The position numbers and the translations under genes are program-made. Under the pieces are notes generated by a model. The model was not told the DNA's origin. It did not search any database and saw nothing but the letters and a program-made list of their open reading frames with translations. Shown here piece by piece: positions 35,905 through 48,935 of a DNA stretch of 64,000 nt. The stretch's first letter is position 1. Each line of letters begins with the position of its first letter. This DNA comes from Eukaryota sp. TZLM1-RC (lineage: Eukaryota; Protista; Metamonada: BaSk clade), in assembly GCA_040285825.1 (NCBI GenBank), contig JAUPSS010000004.1, positions 5,609,784 to 5,673,783 on the forward strand, read 5' to 3'.

Positions 35905-37479
35905 GATTGATTGGCTCTTCTGCTCAAGACCTCGTGATAAACGATTCTATTGTCCCTTTTACTAATTATAGTAGTGATGCTTTTAAGTTCCTTGGTTGTT
36001 GGTTAGCAAATGTGCCTCAAATTCAGAATGAATTGCAAGTTATTTTGGAAAAAATGAAAATTGAACTTGATTCAATTTCTTCTTTAGATATAGAAAAGCA
36101 TATTAAATTTTTCATGCTTAAAATTTGCTACACTGGGAGAATAACCCACATTTTGAGATCTTGTGCTCCTTCCATAGCATTAGATTTTTGTCGTTCTTTT
36201 AATTCATTGAGAACAGAATTTTTTGCTGATTTATTGGATGTAGAACCAGGAATGTTGAAAAGCCATTTATTTTCTTCCAGCAAATTTGGGTGGTATTGGT
36301 TTTTACTAAATCTTCAATTTTGTGTCAATCAGCATTCTTGGGTGGTGGCAAAAATTTTATTTATGAATTTTCTCGTAGATTTCCTGATGATTCTCATCTG
36401 TTAGTCCCCAATTGTAGTCCCTATTTGTATGAGTTATCTTGTGAACTTGAAAAATTACCGCCACAAATTTGGACCAAATGTTTTCCTCAATCAATTCAAG
36501 AAATTCCAAACCGATCTCTATTTAATTTACAGTTTTGCTGTAAAAAGCTTCAACAAAAATTGTCAAAGATTTTTGAAAGCTTGGATTTTGATGTTAGACT
36601 TGGCTTGGCCAAGAAAAAGAATCCCGCTTTTGCAAATCTTTTTACAAGATATGTGTGACAGTACTTCTTCTGCCTTAGTAACAACAATTCCACAAGTTTA
36701 TGGTACTCTCTTATCCGATTCTGCTTGGACTCTGAATATGAGATTTCGTTCCTTTATCTGGCCTGATAATTTACCTCATAATTTAATTTGTAAATGTTCT
36801 CGAGAAATTACAACTACTCATTTGTTAAATTGTAAACATTTTATTACTTTTAGAAGCAAGGTTCATGATGCTGTAAGAGACCAGTTATATTGTATGTGTA
36901 AATCTCATAGAATTGAATCCTTCTTGGAACCTTTGTTGTCAAATCTGTTTGATGCTGAAAATGATTTTCATAAGAATAATAGAGGTGATGTCATATTACC
37001 TGGATTAGATGGAAGCTTCATTTTATTGGATGTAATGTCTGTTGATCCTTGTAATGCCTCAAATGAAAGGCTTGTTAATTCTGAAATTCATAATCCCCTT
37101 TCAAATGCTGAAAATTTTAAATTCAAAAAAATACAATGAACCTTTGTCCAAATTGGCCAGTCTACAGCATGCAAAAATACAATTTGTATCCATTTGTATT
37201 TTCCCTTTTGGTTCACTTGCACCAACTGCTTTACGTTTTTTGGATGATTTTGAAATGATTGTAAAGAGAAGAACTGGCAGAAATTTCAACAGATTGTTTT
37301 TGGCAAAATAGAATTGTGTTTTCTATTTTTAAGGGGATGTTGAAGATGGTTTCTGATGCTTTGCTTTCTCTTGGATCTCACTATGAGAGAGTTGCATCTA
37401 GTGTTTTTGTTTTGGGAGAGATGGATTTTTTAGATGTTGATTTATAGGTTTAGAATAAAATTAAATTTTAACAAAAAAA
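35905..37479 (+). mobile_element. 5'-truncated family A insertion in C
   Basis: TSD atatcgagtagatt at 35891-35904 and 37480-37493. Confidence 0.9.
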
Positions 37480-38088
37480 ATATCGAGTAGATTCCTTTTT
37501 AGAACCGCTGTTATCAAAATTAATTCTTGATGATCCCAATATTGATAGTACACGTTACAACAGAGCTTCTATGGGTCTGACTAGAGGTGATCTAGTTGTT
37601 CCTGGTTTAAATGGTAGTTTTACTATTTTGGACGCCATGTCTATTGACCCTTGTAATTCCTCTAACGAACCTTTCATTAACTCGGATGTAAATAATCCTC
37701 TTCTTGCAGGCGAAAAATATAAAATTGCTAAATATGCGAAACCCATTTCCTCGGTTAATGAAAATTCTCATGCCCAATATAATTTATGTCCATTTGTTTT
37801 TTCTTTGCTTGGATCTCTAGGTAAGGCTGCTATGGCTTTCCTTGAGGATTTTGTTGTAGTTGTAAAGGAAAGAACTGGAAGAATTTTCAATCGTGTTTAC
37901 TGGCAAAACAGGATTGTATTTTCTATTTTTAAGGGAATGGTAACACTAATTTCTGATTCACTATCTTCTTTTGGGAAATTTTCTGAATCTTTAGCGATTA
38001 ATTGTTTTGATGTAGGGGAGGCAGGTTTTGAGGATGTGCAGTTTTAATTGTGTATTTCATATCTGTTGTTGAATAAAAATAAATTAAT

Positions 38089-38297
38089 TGAAAAAGATAA
38101 AAACTTTTATCGAAAAATCAAATTTTAAAAAAAATGTTTTTTCGAAAGAAAAATTAGTGAGAAAAATTAGCTTTAAAAGGACGTTTTGGATCTGCAAAAC
38201 AATGTTTATTTTCTTCTGATTTAGCTGAATGTAATGAAAGCACATTGTTCCAATTGAATCATCTTCATCCGGAAGAAAATTTTCATTGTACTAAACC
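38089..38297 (+). pseudogene. Family E piece 2
   Basis: KGRFGSAKQCLF..HPEENFHCTKP; continues at 62635. Confidence 0.8.
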
Positions 38298-38342
38298 TTT
38301 TTTTTTAAAATTTAATTTTATTCTAAACCTATAAATCAACAT

Positions 38343-38954
38343 TATTATCCATGCAATGTGTAATTCCTATCATATTGAATCTTTTGTAGAACCTTTGTTG
38401 AGGTCTCTTGATATAAATGAAAGCGTAAGAGATTCAGAATATGGAAAACGACGTGCTGATGTTGTTGTGCCCTCGTTTGATGATGTCATGAATGTTGTTG
38501 ATGTCGTAACAGTGGATGTTTGCAAGAAAAATGCCTTGAAAAATGCTCAATCCGAAGTATCCCCCCTTGATGACTCCGAATTGTACAAACGGAAAAAGTA
38601 TGCAAATCCTTTAAAAAAATTGAAACATGTTCGCCATGTAGATAACCAAATTTGCCCATTTGCTATATCGTTGTATGGTCGTCTTGGAAAAACTGCTTTG
38701 AATTTTATTGATGATTTTGAAAATCTTGTGAAAAAAAGAATGAATAAGCGTTTTGATCGTCGCTTGTGGCTAAATCGTATTGTTTTTACTATTTTCAAAT
38801 CAATTCCTAAAATGATTTCGAAAGCTTTAATGTCTGTCAGTGCACATTATGAAAACATTGCTGCTGTAAGGTTTGATGGTGTGGAAGCTTGTTTTGAAGA
38901 TATTGACTTTTAGACTGTGGTTTTGAAAATAAATTAAAATTAAAGAAAAAAAAA
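38343..38954 (+). mobile_element. Family B 3' fragment (RLE)
   Basis: RADVVVP..VDV..KRKKY..CFEDIDF* plus tail. Confidence 0.85.
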
Positions 38955-41257
38955 GATATGTGTGACAGTACTTCTTCTGCCTTAGTAACAACAATTCCAC
39001 AAGTTTATGGTACTCTCTTATCCGATTCTGCTTGGACTCTGAATATGAGATTTCGTTCCTTTATCTGGCCTGATAATTTACCTCATAATTTAATTTGTAA
39101 ATGTTCTCGAGAAATTTCAACTAGTCATTTGTTAAATTGTAAACATTTTATTACTTTTAGAAGCAAGGTTCATGATGCTGTAAGAGACCAGTTATATTGT
39201 ATGTGTAAATCTCATAGAATTGAATCCTTCTTGGAACCTTTGTTGTCAAATCTGTTTGATGCTGAAAATGATTTTCATAAGAATAATAGAGGTGATGTCA
39301 TATTACCTGGATTAGATGGAAGCTTCATTTTATTGGATGTAATGTCTGTTGATCCTTGTAATGCCTCAAATGAAAGGCTTGTTAATTCTGAAATTCATAA
39401 TCCCCTTTCAAATGCTGAAAATTTTAAATTCAAAAAATACAATGAACCTTTGTCCAAATTGGCCAGTCTACAGCATGCAAAATACAATTTGTATCCATTT
39501 GTATTTTCCCTTTTTGGTTCACTTGCACCAACTGCTTTACGTTTTTTGGATGATTTTGAAATGATTGTAAAGAGAAGAACTGGCAGAAATTTCAACAGAT
39601 TGTTTTGGCAAAATAGAATTGTGTTTTCTATTTTTAAGGGGATGTTGAAGATGGTTTCTGATGCTTTGCTTTCTCTTGGATCTCACTATGAGAGAGTTGC
39701 ATCTAGTGTTTTTGTTTTGGGAGAGATGGATTTTTTAGATGTTGATTTATAGGTTTAGAATAAAATTAAATTTTAACAAAAAAAAATATCGAGTAGATTC
39801 CTTTTTAGAACCGCTGTTATCAAAATTAATTCTTGATGATCCCAATATTGATAGTACACGTTACAACAGAGCTTCTATGGGTCTGACTAGAGGTGATCTA
39901 GTTGTTCCTGGTTTAAATGGTAGTTTTACTATTTTGGACGCCATGTCTATTGACCCTTGTAATTCCTCCAACGAACATTTCATTAACTCAGATGTAAATA
40001 ATCCTCTTCTTGCAGGCGAAAAATATAAAATTGCTAAATATGCGAAACCCATTTCCTCGGTTAATGAAAATTCTCATGCCCAATATAATTTATGTCCATT
40101 TGTTTTTTCTTTGCTTGGATCTCTAGGTAAGGCTGCTATGGCTTTCCTTGAGGATTTTGTTGTAGTTGTAAAGGAAAGAACTGGAATAAATTTTCAATCG
40201 TGTTTACTGGCAAAACAGGATTGTATTTTCTATTTTTAAGGGAATGGTAACACTAATTTCTGATTCACTATCTTCTTTTGGGAAATTTTCTGAATCTTTA
40301 GCGATTAATTGTTTTGATGTAGGGGAGGCAGGTTTTGAGGATGTGGAGTTTTAATTGTGTATTTCATATTTGTTGTTGAATAAAAATAAATTAATTGAAA
40401 AAGATAAAAACTTTTATCGAAAAAATCAAATTTTAAAAAAATGTTTTTCGAAAGAAAAATTAGTGAGAAAATTAGCTTTAAAAGGACGTTTTGGATCTGC
40501 AAAACAATGTTTATTTTCTTCTGATTTAGCTGAATGTAATGAAAGCACATTGTTCCAATTGAATCATCTTCATCCGGAAGAAAATTTTCATTGTACTAAA
40601 CCTTTTTTTTTAAAATTTAATTTTATTCTAAACCTATAAATCAACATTATTATCCATGCAATGTGTAATTCCTATCATATTGAATCTTTTGTAGAACCTT
40701 TGTTGAGGTCTCTTGATATAAATGAAAGCGTAAGAGATTCAGAATATGGAAAACGACGTGCTGATGTTGTTGTGCCCTCGTTTGATGATGTCATGAATGT
40801 TGTTGATGTCGTAACAGTGGATGTTTGCAAGAAAAATGCCTTGAAAAATGCTCAATCCGAAGTATCCCCCCTTGATGACTCCGAATTGTACAAACGTATT
40901 GTATTGCAAATCCTTTAAAAAAATTGAAACATGTTCGCCATGTAGATAACCAAATTTGCCCATTTGCTATATCGTTGTATGGTCGTCTTGGAAAAACTGC
41001 TTTGAATTTTATTGATGATTTTGAAAATCTTGTGAAAAAAAGAATGAATAAGCGTTTTGATCGTCGCTTGTGGCTAAATCGTATTGTTTTTACTATTTTC
41101 AAATCAATTCCTAAAATGATTTCGAAAGCTTTAATGTCTGTCAGTGCACATTATGAAAACATTGCTGCTGTAAGGTTTGATGGTGTGGAAGCTTGTTTTG
41201 AAGATATTGACTTTTAGACTGTGGTTTTGAAAATAAATTAAAATTAAATTAAAAAAA
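38955..41257 (+). repeat. About 2.3-kb tandem duplicate of ~36650-38954 (A3'-C3'-E-A tail-B3')
   Basis: The same junctions recur at an offset of about 2306; B piece 40648-41257 has TSD ataaatcaacat (40636-40647, 41258-41269). Confidence 0.9.
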
Positions 41258-41284
41258 ATAAATCAACATCTAAAAAATCCATCT

Positions 41285-44200
41285 TTTATTTAGTGATTTT
41301 AGTGGCTTTAACTAAACCTAATGGAAAAGTTCGCCCAATTGCCATTGGTGAAGCCATTTATCGCCTGATGTCTTCAGTAATTTTTAATCGAGTTTCAACA
41401 AAAGCTAAAGAATACTTTTTCTCCATTCCAATATGGAATCAAAACCATAGATGGAGCTTCAGTTGCAGCTTTGACATCTGATCTGTTTTTCAATTGTCAC
41501 GAAAATAGTTGCATTTTTAATCTTGATTTCAAAAATGCTTTCAATTCAGTGAAAAGAGATTCAATTTGGAAAGAAATCAAATCAAATTTTCCTGAACTCG
41601 AAACCTTTTTTTATAGGTTTTATGGTAATTCATCTGATTTAATTTTTAATTCTTTTTAATCTGGATTCTTTATCAGGAGTTAAACAAGGAGACCCTTTAG
41701 GTCCTTTCTTTTTTTGTCTTGCAATTCACCCAATTTTGAAAAAAATTAAAAGAAGAAAATTCTGACCTTCAAGTGGTAGCTTACATGGATGACATTTCTT
41801 GTATTGGTCCAGAAAGTACAATTAATAGGGTTGCTAATGAAGCTGCTACATTATACCAATCCATAGGTCTTGATTTGAATGTTCAAAAATGTTTTTGTAT
41901 TTCTAGGAAAAATGTTAAGTTAATAATTAATTCCCTCGAAGTTCCATATATTGATTATACTTCAACTAGTTTCTGCTTTCTGGGTTGCTATTTAGGTTTC
42001 GCCGAAAAGACACTTGACAGCCTTGAAAATTATTTAAATTCAATTAAAAAAGAGCTAGAAGTCATAAAGACTCTTGAATTGGAAAAACATCTTAAGTTTT
42101 TTCTTTTGAAAATTTGTTATGCTGGAAAAATTACTCATTTACTGCGATCATTACCTCCATCCCTAACTTACAATTTTTGTAGACAATTTAACAAAATACG
42201 TACCCAATTTTTGGCTTATTTAATGTCTGTTGATCCATCAATTTTGAAAAATCATATTTTTTCTGATGTTCAACTTGGCGGTGTTGGATTCAATTCATCA
42301 AAATATTTGACCAAAGCTGCATTTATTGGTGGTGGAAAAAATTTTGTATTTGAATTCTCTAGAAGATATCCTTTTGCCGAAAATCTTCTTGAAAATACAA
42401 ATAGCATATTCCTGGATAACTTAAGAGAAGAAATATCCAGTTTATCTCCCGACTTATGGCAATCATGTTTCCCCATATCCATTCAAGAAATTCCAGACAG
42501 AAGTTTATATTCATTAAAATTTGCGTTGAAAAAGCTCCAACGACATCTTTTTGAAAAATTTTGAAAACAAGGATTTTATTGTTCGACTTAGCACGGCTAA
42601 GAAAGAAAAATCCTGCTTTTGCCAATTTTTGATTGATTTGAAGGACAGTTCATCTGCAGTTTTGATAAATCAAATTCCCCAGATTTATGGTCTATTTTTG
42701 AATGACGACCAATGGACCACTGCTATGAGAATGCGTTGTTATTTATGGCCTTGTAATTTGCCCAATGATTTGTTTTTGTAAATGTGGAGCTGGTTTGACA
42801 TTATCACATTTATTTAATTGTAATAGATATATTTCCTATCGTTCTACGTTGCATGATGCAGTCAGAGATCAAATCCATGCAATGTGTAATTCCTATCATA
42901 TTGAATCTTTTGTAGAACCTTTGTTGAGGTCTCTTGATATAAATGAAAGCGTAAGAGATTCAGAATATGGAAAACGACGTGCTGATGTTGTTGTGCCCTC
43001 GTTTGATGATGTCATGAATGTTGTTGATGTCGTAACAGTGGATGTTTGCAAGAAAAATGCCTTGAAAAATGCTCAATCCGAAGTATCCCCCCTTGATGAC
43101 TCCGAATTGTACAAACGGAAAAAGTATGCAAATCCTTTAAAAGAATTGAAACATGTTCGCCATGTAGATTACCAAATTTGCCCATTTGCTATATCGTTGT
43201 ATGGTCGTCTTGGAAAAACTGCTTTGAATTTTATTGATGATTTTGAAAATCTTGTGAAAAAAAGAATGAATAAGCGTTTTTATCGTCGCTTGTGGCTAAA
43301 TCGTATTGTTTTTACTATTTTCAAATCAATTCCTAAAATGATTTCGAAAGCTTTAATGTCTGTCAGTTCACATTATGAAAACATTGCTGCTGTAAGGTTT
43401 GATGGTGTGGAAGCTTGTTTTGAAGATATTGACTTTTAGACTGTGGTTTTGAAAATAAATTAAAAGTATGTTAAAAAAAATGCAGCTTTGACATCTGATC
43501 TGTTTTTCAATTGTCACGAAAATAGTTGCATTTTTAATCTTGATTTCAAAAATGCTTTCAATTCAGTGAAAAGAGATTCAATTTGGAAAGAAATCAAATC
43601 AAATTTTCCTGAACTCGAAACCTTTTTTTATAGGTTTTATGGTAATTCATCTGATTTAATTTTTAATTCTTTTTAATCTGGATTCTTTATCAGGAGTTAA
43701 ACAAGGAGACCCTTTAGGTCCTTTCTTTTTGTCTTGCAATTCACCCAATTTTGAAAAAAATTAAAAGAAGAAAATTCTGACCTTCAAGTGGTAGCTTACA
43801 TGGATGACATTTCTTGTATTGGTCCAGAAAGTACAATTAATAGGGTTGCTAATGAAGCTGCTACATTATACCAATCCATAGGTCTTGATTTGAATGTTCA
43901 AAAATGTTTTTGTATTTCTAGAAAAAAATGTTAAGTTAATAATTAATTCCCTCGAAGTTCCATATATTGATTATACTTCAACTAGTTTCTGCTTTCTGGG
44001 TTGCTATTTAGGTTCCGCCGAAAAGACACTTGACAGCCTTGAAAATTATTTAAATTCAATTAAAAAGAGCTAGAAGTCATAAAGACTCTTGAATTGGAAA
44101 AACATCTTAAGTTTTCTCTTTTGAAAATTTGTTATGCTGGAAAAATTACTCATTTACTGCGATCATTACCTCCATCCCTAACTTACAATTTTTGTAGACA

Positions 44201-45493
44201 ATTTAACAAAATACGTACCCAATTTTTGGCTTATTTAATGTCTGTTGATCCATCAATTTTGAAAAATCATATTTTTTCTGATGTTCAACTTGGCGGTGTT
44301 GGATTCAATTCATCAAAATATTTGACCAAAGCTGCATTTATTGGTGGTGGAAAAAATTTTGTATTTGAATTCTCTAGAAGATATCCTTTGCCGAAAATCT
44401 TCTTGAAAATACAAATAGCCTATTCCTGGATAACTTAAGAGAAGAAATATCCAGTTTATCTCCCGACTTATGGCAATCATGTTTCCCCATATCCATTCAA
44501 GAAATTCCAGACAAAAAGTTTATATTCATTAAAATTTGCGTTGAAAAAGCTCCAACGACATCTTTTGAAAAATTTTGAAAACAAGGATTTTATTGTTCGA
44601 CTTAGCACGGCTAAGAAAGAAAATCCTGCTTTGCCAATTTTTTGATTGATTTGAAGGACAGTTCATCTGCAGTTTTGATAAATCAAATTCCCCAGATTTA
44701 TGGTCTATTTTTGAATGACGACCAATGGACCACTGCTATGAGAATGCGTTGTTATTTATGGCCTTGTAATTTGCCCAATGATTTGTTTTGTAAATGTGGA
44801 GCTGGTTTGACATTATCACATTTATTTAATTGTAATAGATATATTTCCTATCGTTCTACGTTGCATGATGCAGTCAGAGATCAAATCCATGCAATGTGTA
44901 ATTCCTATCATATTGAATCTTTTGTAGAACCTTTGTTAAGGTCTCTTGATATAAATGAAAGCGTAAGAGATTCAGAATATGGAAAACGACGTGCTGATGT
45001 TGTTGTGCCCTCGTTTGATGATGTCATGAATGTTGTTGATGTCGTAACAGTGGATGTTTGCAAGAAAAATGCCTTGAAAAATGCTCAATCCGAAGTATCC
45101 CCCCTAGATGACTCCGAATTGTACAAACGGAAAAAGTATGCAAATCCTTTAAAAGAATTGAAACATGTTCGCCATGTAGATTACCAAATTTGCCCATTTG
45201 CTATATCGTTGTATGGTCGTCTTGGAAAAACTGCTTTGAATTTTATTGATGATTTTGAAAATCTTGTGAAAAAAAGAATGAATAAGCGTTTTGATCGTCG
45301 CTTGTGGCTAAATCGTATAGTTTTTACTATTTTCAAATCAATTCCTAAAATGATTTCGAAAGCTTTAATGTCTGTCAGTGCACATTATGAATACATTGCT
45401 GCTGTAAGGTTTGATGGTGTGGAAGCTTGTTTTGAAGATATTGACTTTTAGACTGTGGTTTTGAAAATAAATTAAAATTAAATTAAAAAAAGT
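41285..45493 (+). mobile_element. Two head-to-tail 5'-truncated family B copies (41285-43480, 43481-45493) inside an A 3' end
   Basis: RPIAIGE, YMDD, RAD; outer TSD taaaaaa(a)tccatct at 41271-41284 and 45494-45508. Confidence 0.85.
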
Positions 45494-45494
45494 T

Positions 45495-48400
45495 AAAAAA
45501 ATCCATCTCTCCCAGAACAAAAACACTAGATGCAACTCTCTCATAGTGAGATCCAAGAGAAAGCAAAGCATCAGAAACCATCTTCAACATTCCTTTAAAA
45601 ATAGAAAACACAATTCTATTTTGCCAAAACAATCTGTTGAAATTTCTGCCAGTTCTTCTCTTTACAATCATTTCAAAATCATCCAAAAAACGTAAAGCAG
45701 TTGGTGCAAGTGAACCAAAAAGGGAAAATACAAATGGATACAAATTGTATTTTGCATGCTGTAGAGTGGCCAATATGGACAAAGGTTCATTGTATTTTTT
45801 GAATTTAAAATTTTCAGCATTTGAAAGGGGATTATGAATTTCAGAATTAACCAGCCTTTCATTTGAGGCATTACAAGGATCAACAGACATTACATCCAAT
45901 AAAGTGAAGGTTCCATCTAATCCAGGTAATATGACATCACCTCTATTATTCTTATGAAAATCATTTTCAGCATCAAACAGATTTGACAACAAAGGTTCCA
46001 AGAAGGATTCAATTCTATGAGATTTACACATACAATATAACTGGTCTCTTACAGCATCATGAACCTTGCTTCTAAAAGTAATAAAATGTTTACAATTTAA
46101 CAAATGAGTAGTTGTAATTTCTCGAGAACATTTACAAATTAAATTATGAGGTAAATTATCAGGCCAGATAAAGGAACGAAATCTCATATTCAGAGTCCAA
46201 GCAGAATCGGATAAGAGAGTACCATAAACTTGTGGAATTGTTGTTACTAAGGCAGAAGAAGTACCGTCACACATATCTTGTAAAAGATTTGCAAAAGCGG
46301 GATTCTTTTTCTTGGCCAAGCCAAGTCTAACATCAAAATCCAAGCTTTCAAAAATCTTTGACAATTTTTGTTGAAGCTTTTTACAGCAAAACTGTAAATT
46401 AAATAGAGATCGGTTTGGAATTTCTTGAATTGATTGAGGAAAACATTTGGTCCAAATTTGTGGCGGTAATTTTTCAAGTTCACAAGATAACTCATACAAA
46501 TAGGGACTACAATTGGGGACTAACAGATGAGAATCATCAGGAAATCTACGAGAAAAATTCATAAATAAAATTTTGCCACCACCCAAGAATGCTGATTGAC
46601 ACAAAATTGAAGATTTAGTAAAACCAATACCACCCAAATTTGCTGAAGAAAATAAATGGCTTTTCAACATTCCTGGTTCTACATCCAATAAATCAGCAAA
46701 AAATTCTGTTCTCAATGAATTAAAAGAACGACAAAAATCTAATGCTATGGAAGGAGCACAAGATCTCAAAATGTGGGTTATTCTCCCAGTGTAGCAAATT
46801 TTAAGCATGAAAAATTTAATATGCTTTTCTATATCTAAAGAAGAAATTGAATCAAGTTCAATTTTCATTTTTCCAAAATAACTTGCAATTCATTCTGAAT
46901 TTGAGGCACATTTCCTAACCAACAACCAAGGAACTTAAAAAGCATCACTACTATAATTAGTAAAAGGGACAATAGAATCGTTTATCACGAGGTCTTGAGC
47001 AGAAGAGCCAATCAGAAGGCATTTGCTGGCATTAAGATGAAGCCCAATATTTTCATATGAATCGGCAATTTTTTTGAGCAACCAATTCTAGTAAATCAAA
47101 TGAACCAATCAAGGATATATCATCCATATAAGCAACTATTTTTATAGAAGGGTATTTTTGCTTAATGATATTTAAAGTTTTGTGAATAGCTAAACAAAAC
47201 AATAATGGGCCTAAAGGATCTCCCTGCTTCACTCCAGAAGATGATTTAAGACCAAATGAATTAAAAATAAAATCTGATTCTTTCCCATAAAAATGGTAGA
47301 AAAAAACTCGATAGCTCAGGAAAATCAGATTTAATAACTTCAAAAATTGCTTCTCGCTTTACAGAATTAAAAGCATTTTTAAAGTCGAGATTAAAAATAA
47401 AATTATTTTCCTCTGCATTAAAAAAGGTATCAGAGGCAATAGCAGCAACAGAAGCACCATCAATTGTTTTGATTCCAAATTGATGAGGATTCAAAAATGT
47501 AGAAGCTTTGTCTTTGACACGATCGAAGACAATTGATGCTAGCAAACGAGAAAGAGATTCACCAACAGCAACTGGGCGTATTCCATCAGGTTTGATTCCG
47601 TTTCCAGGCTTTACTAAAGCAATCAGACGTGCCGCGAGTAATTCAAATGGAGGATTAATTTTCAAAACAATCAATTGTTGAAAATAGTGGGCTAGATCAT
47701 CAGCAATTTCGGGAGCACTGGAACATGCTATTTTTAAGAGATCAAAAGAAATTCCAGATGGGCCTGCTGCTTTCCCCTTTGGCAATTTTTGAATAGCTTT
47801 AAGAACTTCAATTGCAGTAATAGGATTTTCAATCCAAAAAGGACACACTTCAGGCTTGCTGCACTTGAAATTTTCTTGAGGATGCAACTTTTGAAGTCTT
47901 TCAAGGGTATCAGAGTTTGCATCAGCCAAAGAAGAGGAAAACAAAGCCTGCTTTGCGGCACCATAACGACCACGTAAGCACAATTTACGGCAAATTTTTT
48001 GATTGTACAATTTTTCTATTTCCAAATTTTTTCTTAAAACAATTTTTGTTTTTTCTAGCAAAATATTTCCAGAAGGATGAAATATTCCACTTATTATTTT
48101 TCAATTCAGAAGTAAAATTTCTCATTTCCATTGAGAAGGGGATTGTGCTGGCGGGACTTATTTCTACTGGGATCCGGAACGGGGGTCTAACGGTATCAAC
48201 GGCTTTACAATTCGTACAAAACAGAAGTTTTCGACCATTTCGTGAATCTGCAACATCTTTTTTGCAAAATGGACAACAAAAATTACTGTTTTCAGAAGGG
48301 GAAGAAGAGGGAACACTAGAAGCATTTAACTGTTGATCGTCAGAAACATTATTCTCAGCACCTTTCACAACGGCAACAGCTGGAACAGAACATTTGAGAA

Positions 48401-48935
48401 TTTGTTGAGCAGATTGTAATTCAAATTCTCTTTTTTGTTTCTCAGGGCACGTTCTCGAATTATGACCACTGATACCACAAATCGAACATTTTTAGAACCT
48501 TTTTAATGGCAGTGGTTTCATTTTTTTCAGTTCTTTCAATTTTGTCAATTTTTGAGTTAAAAGTAGAAATAGACTTTTGACTTTTTGCAGTTTCAGCTGG
48601 AGAAAACAAATTTCGAGAAACGGAGTTGTTAATAGAACGCGCAACAGAACGCAAGGAACGTAATGGTGGTTTTTCTGTGTTTTTTTCTGGTACAATGATC
48701 AGTTTTTGAATGAAAATTTTTTTGAGATGAATTTCGAGCATAGCTTGTATTGTGGGGAGAGTGGGGAAGTGGAGTGGATGAGCTTGATCTGACTGGTAGA
48801 ATCTTTGCTTGGGCGTTCCAATCAGTATCAGAGTCACTATCAGCCAAAGGCATCGTTTTGACAGAGAAACAGTACGACTTTGACGCTTTGACAGAAAGTG
48901 AAATATGAAAGGGTTGACTAAGGGAGGGAGGAAAA
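45495..48935 (-). mobile_element. Second near-full-length family A copy (hybrid formed by the duplication)
   Basis: 5' end and flank match 34203; 3' end matches the 60257 copy. Confidence 0.85.

Larger units (their letters stand above)
29595..38088 (+). mobile_element. Full-span family C element (ATG 29678, stop 38047), interrupted by two A insertions
   Basis: Pieces 29595-30722, 34204-35904 and 37480-38088 join through TSDs; outer TSD tgaaaaa(a)gat at 29584-29594 and 38089-38098; CSKCGKVGHNIRKC, YMDD, RGD. Confidence 0.85.
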
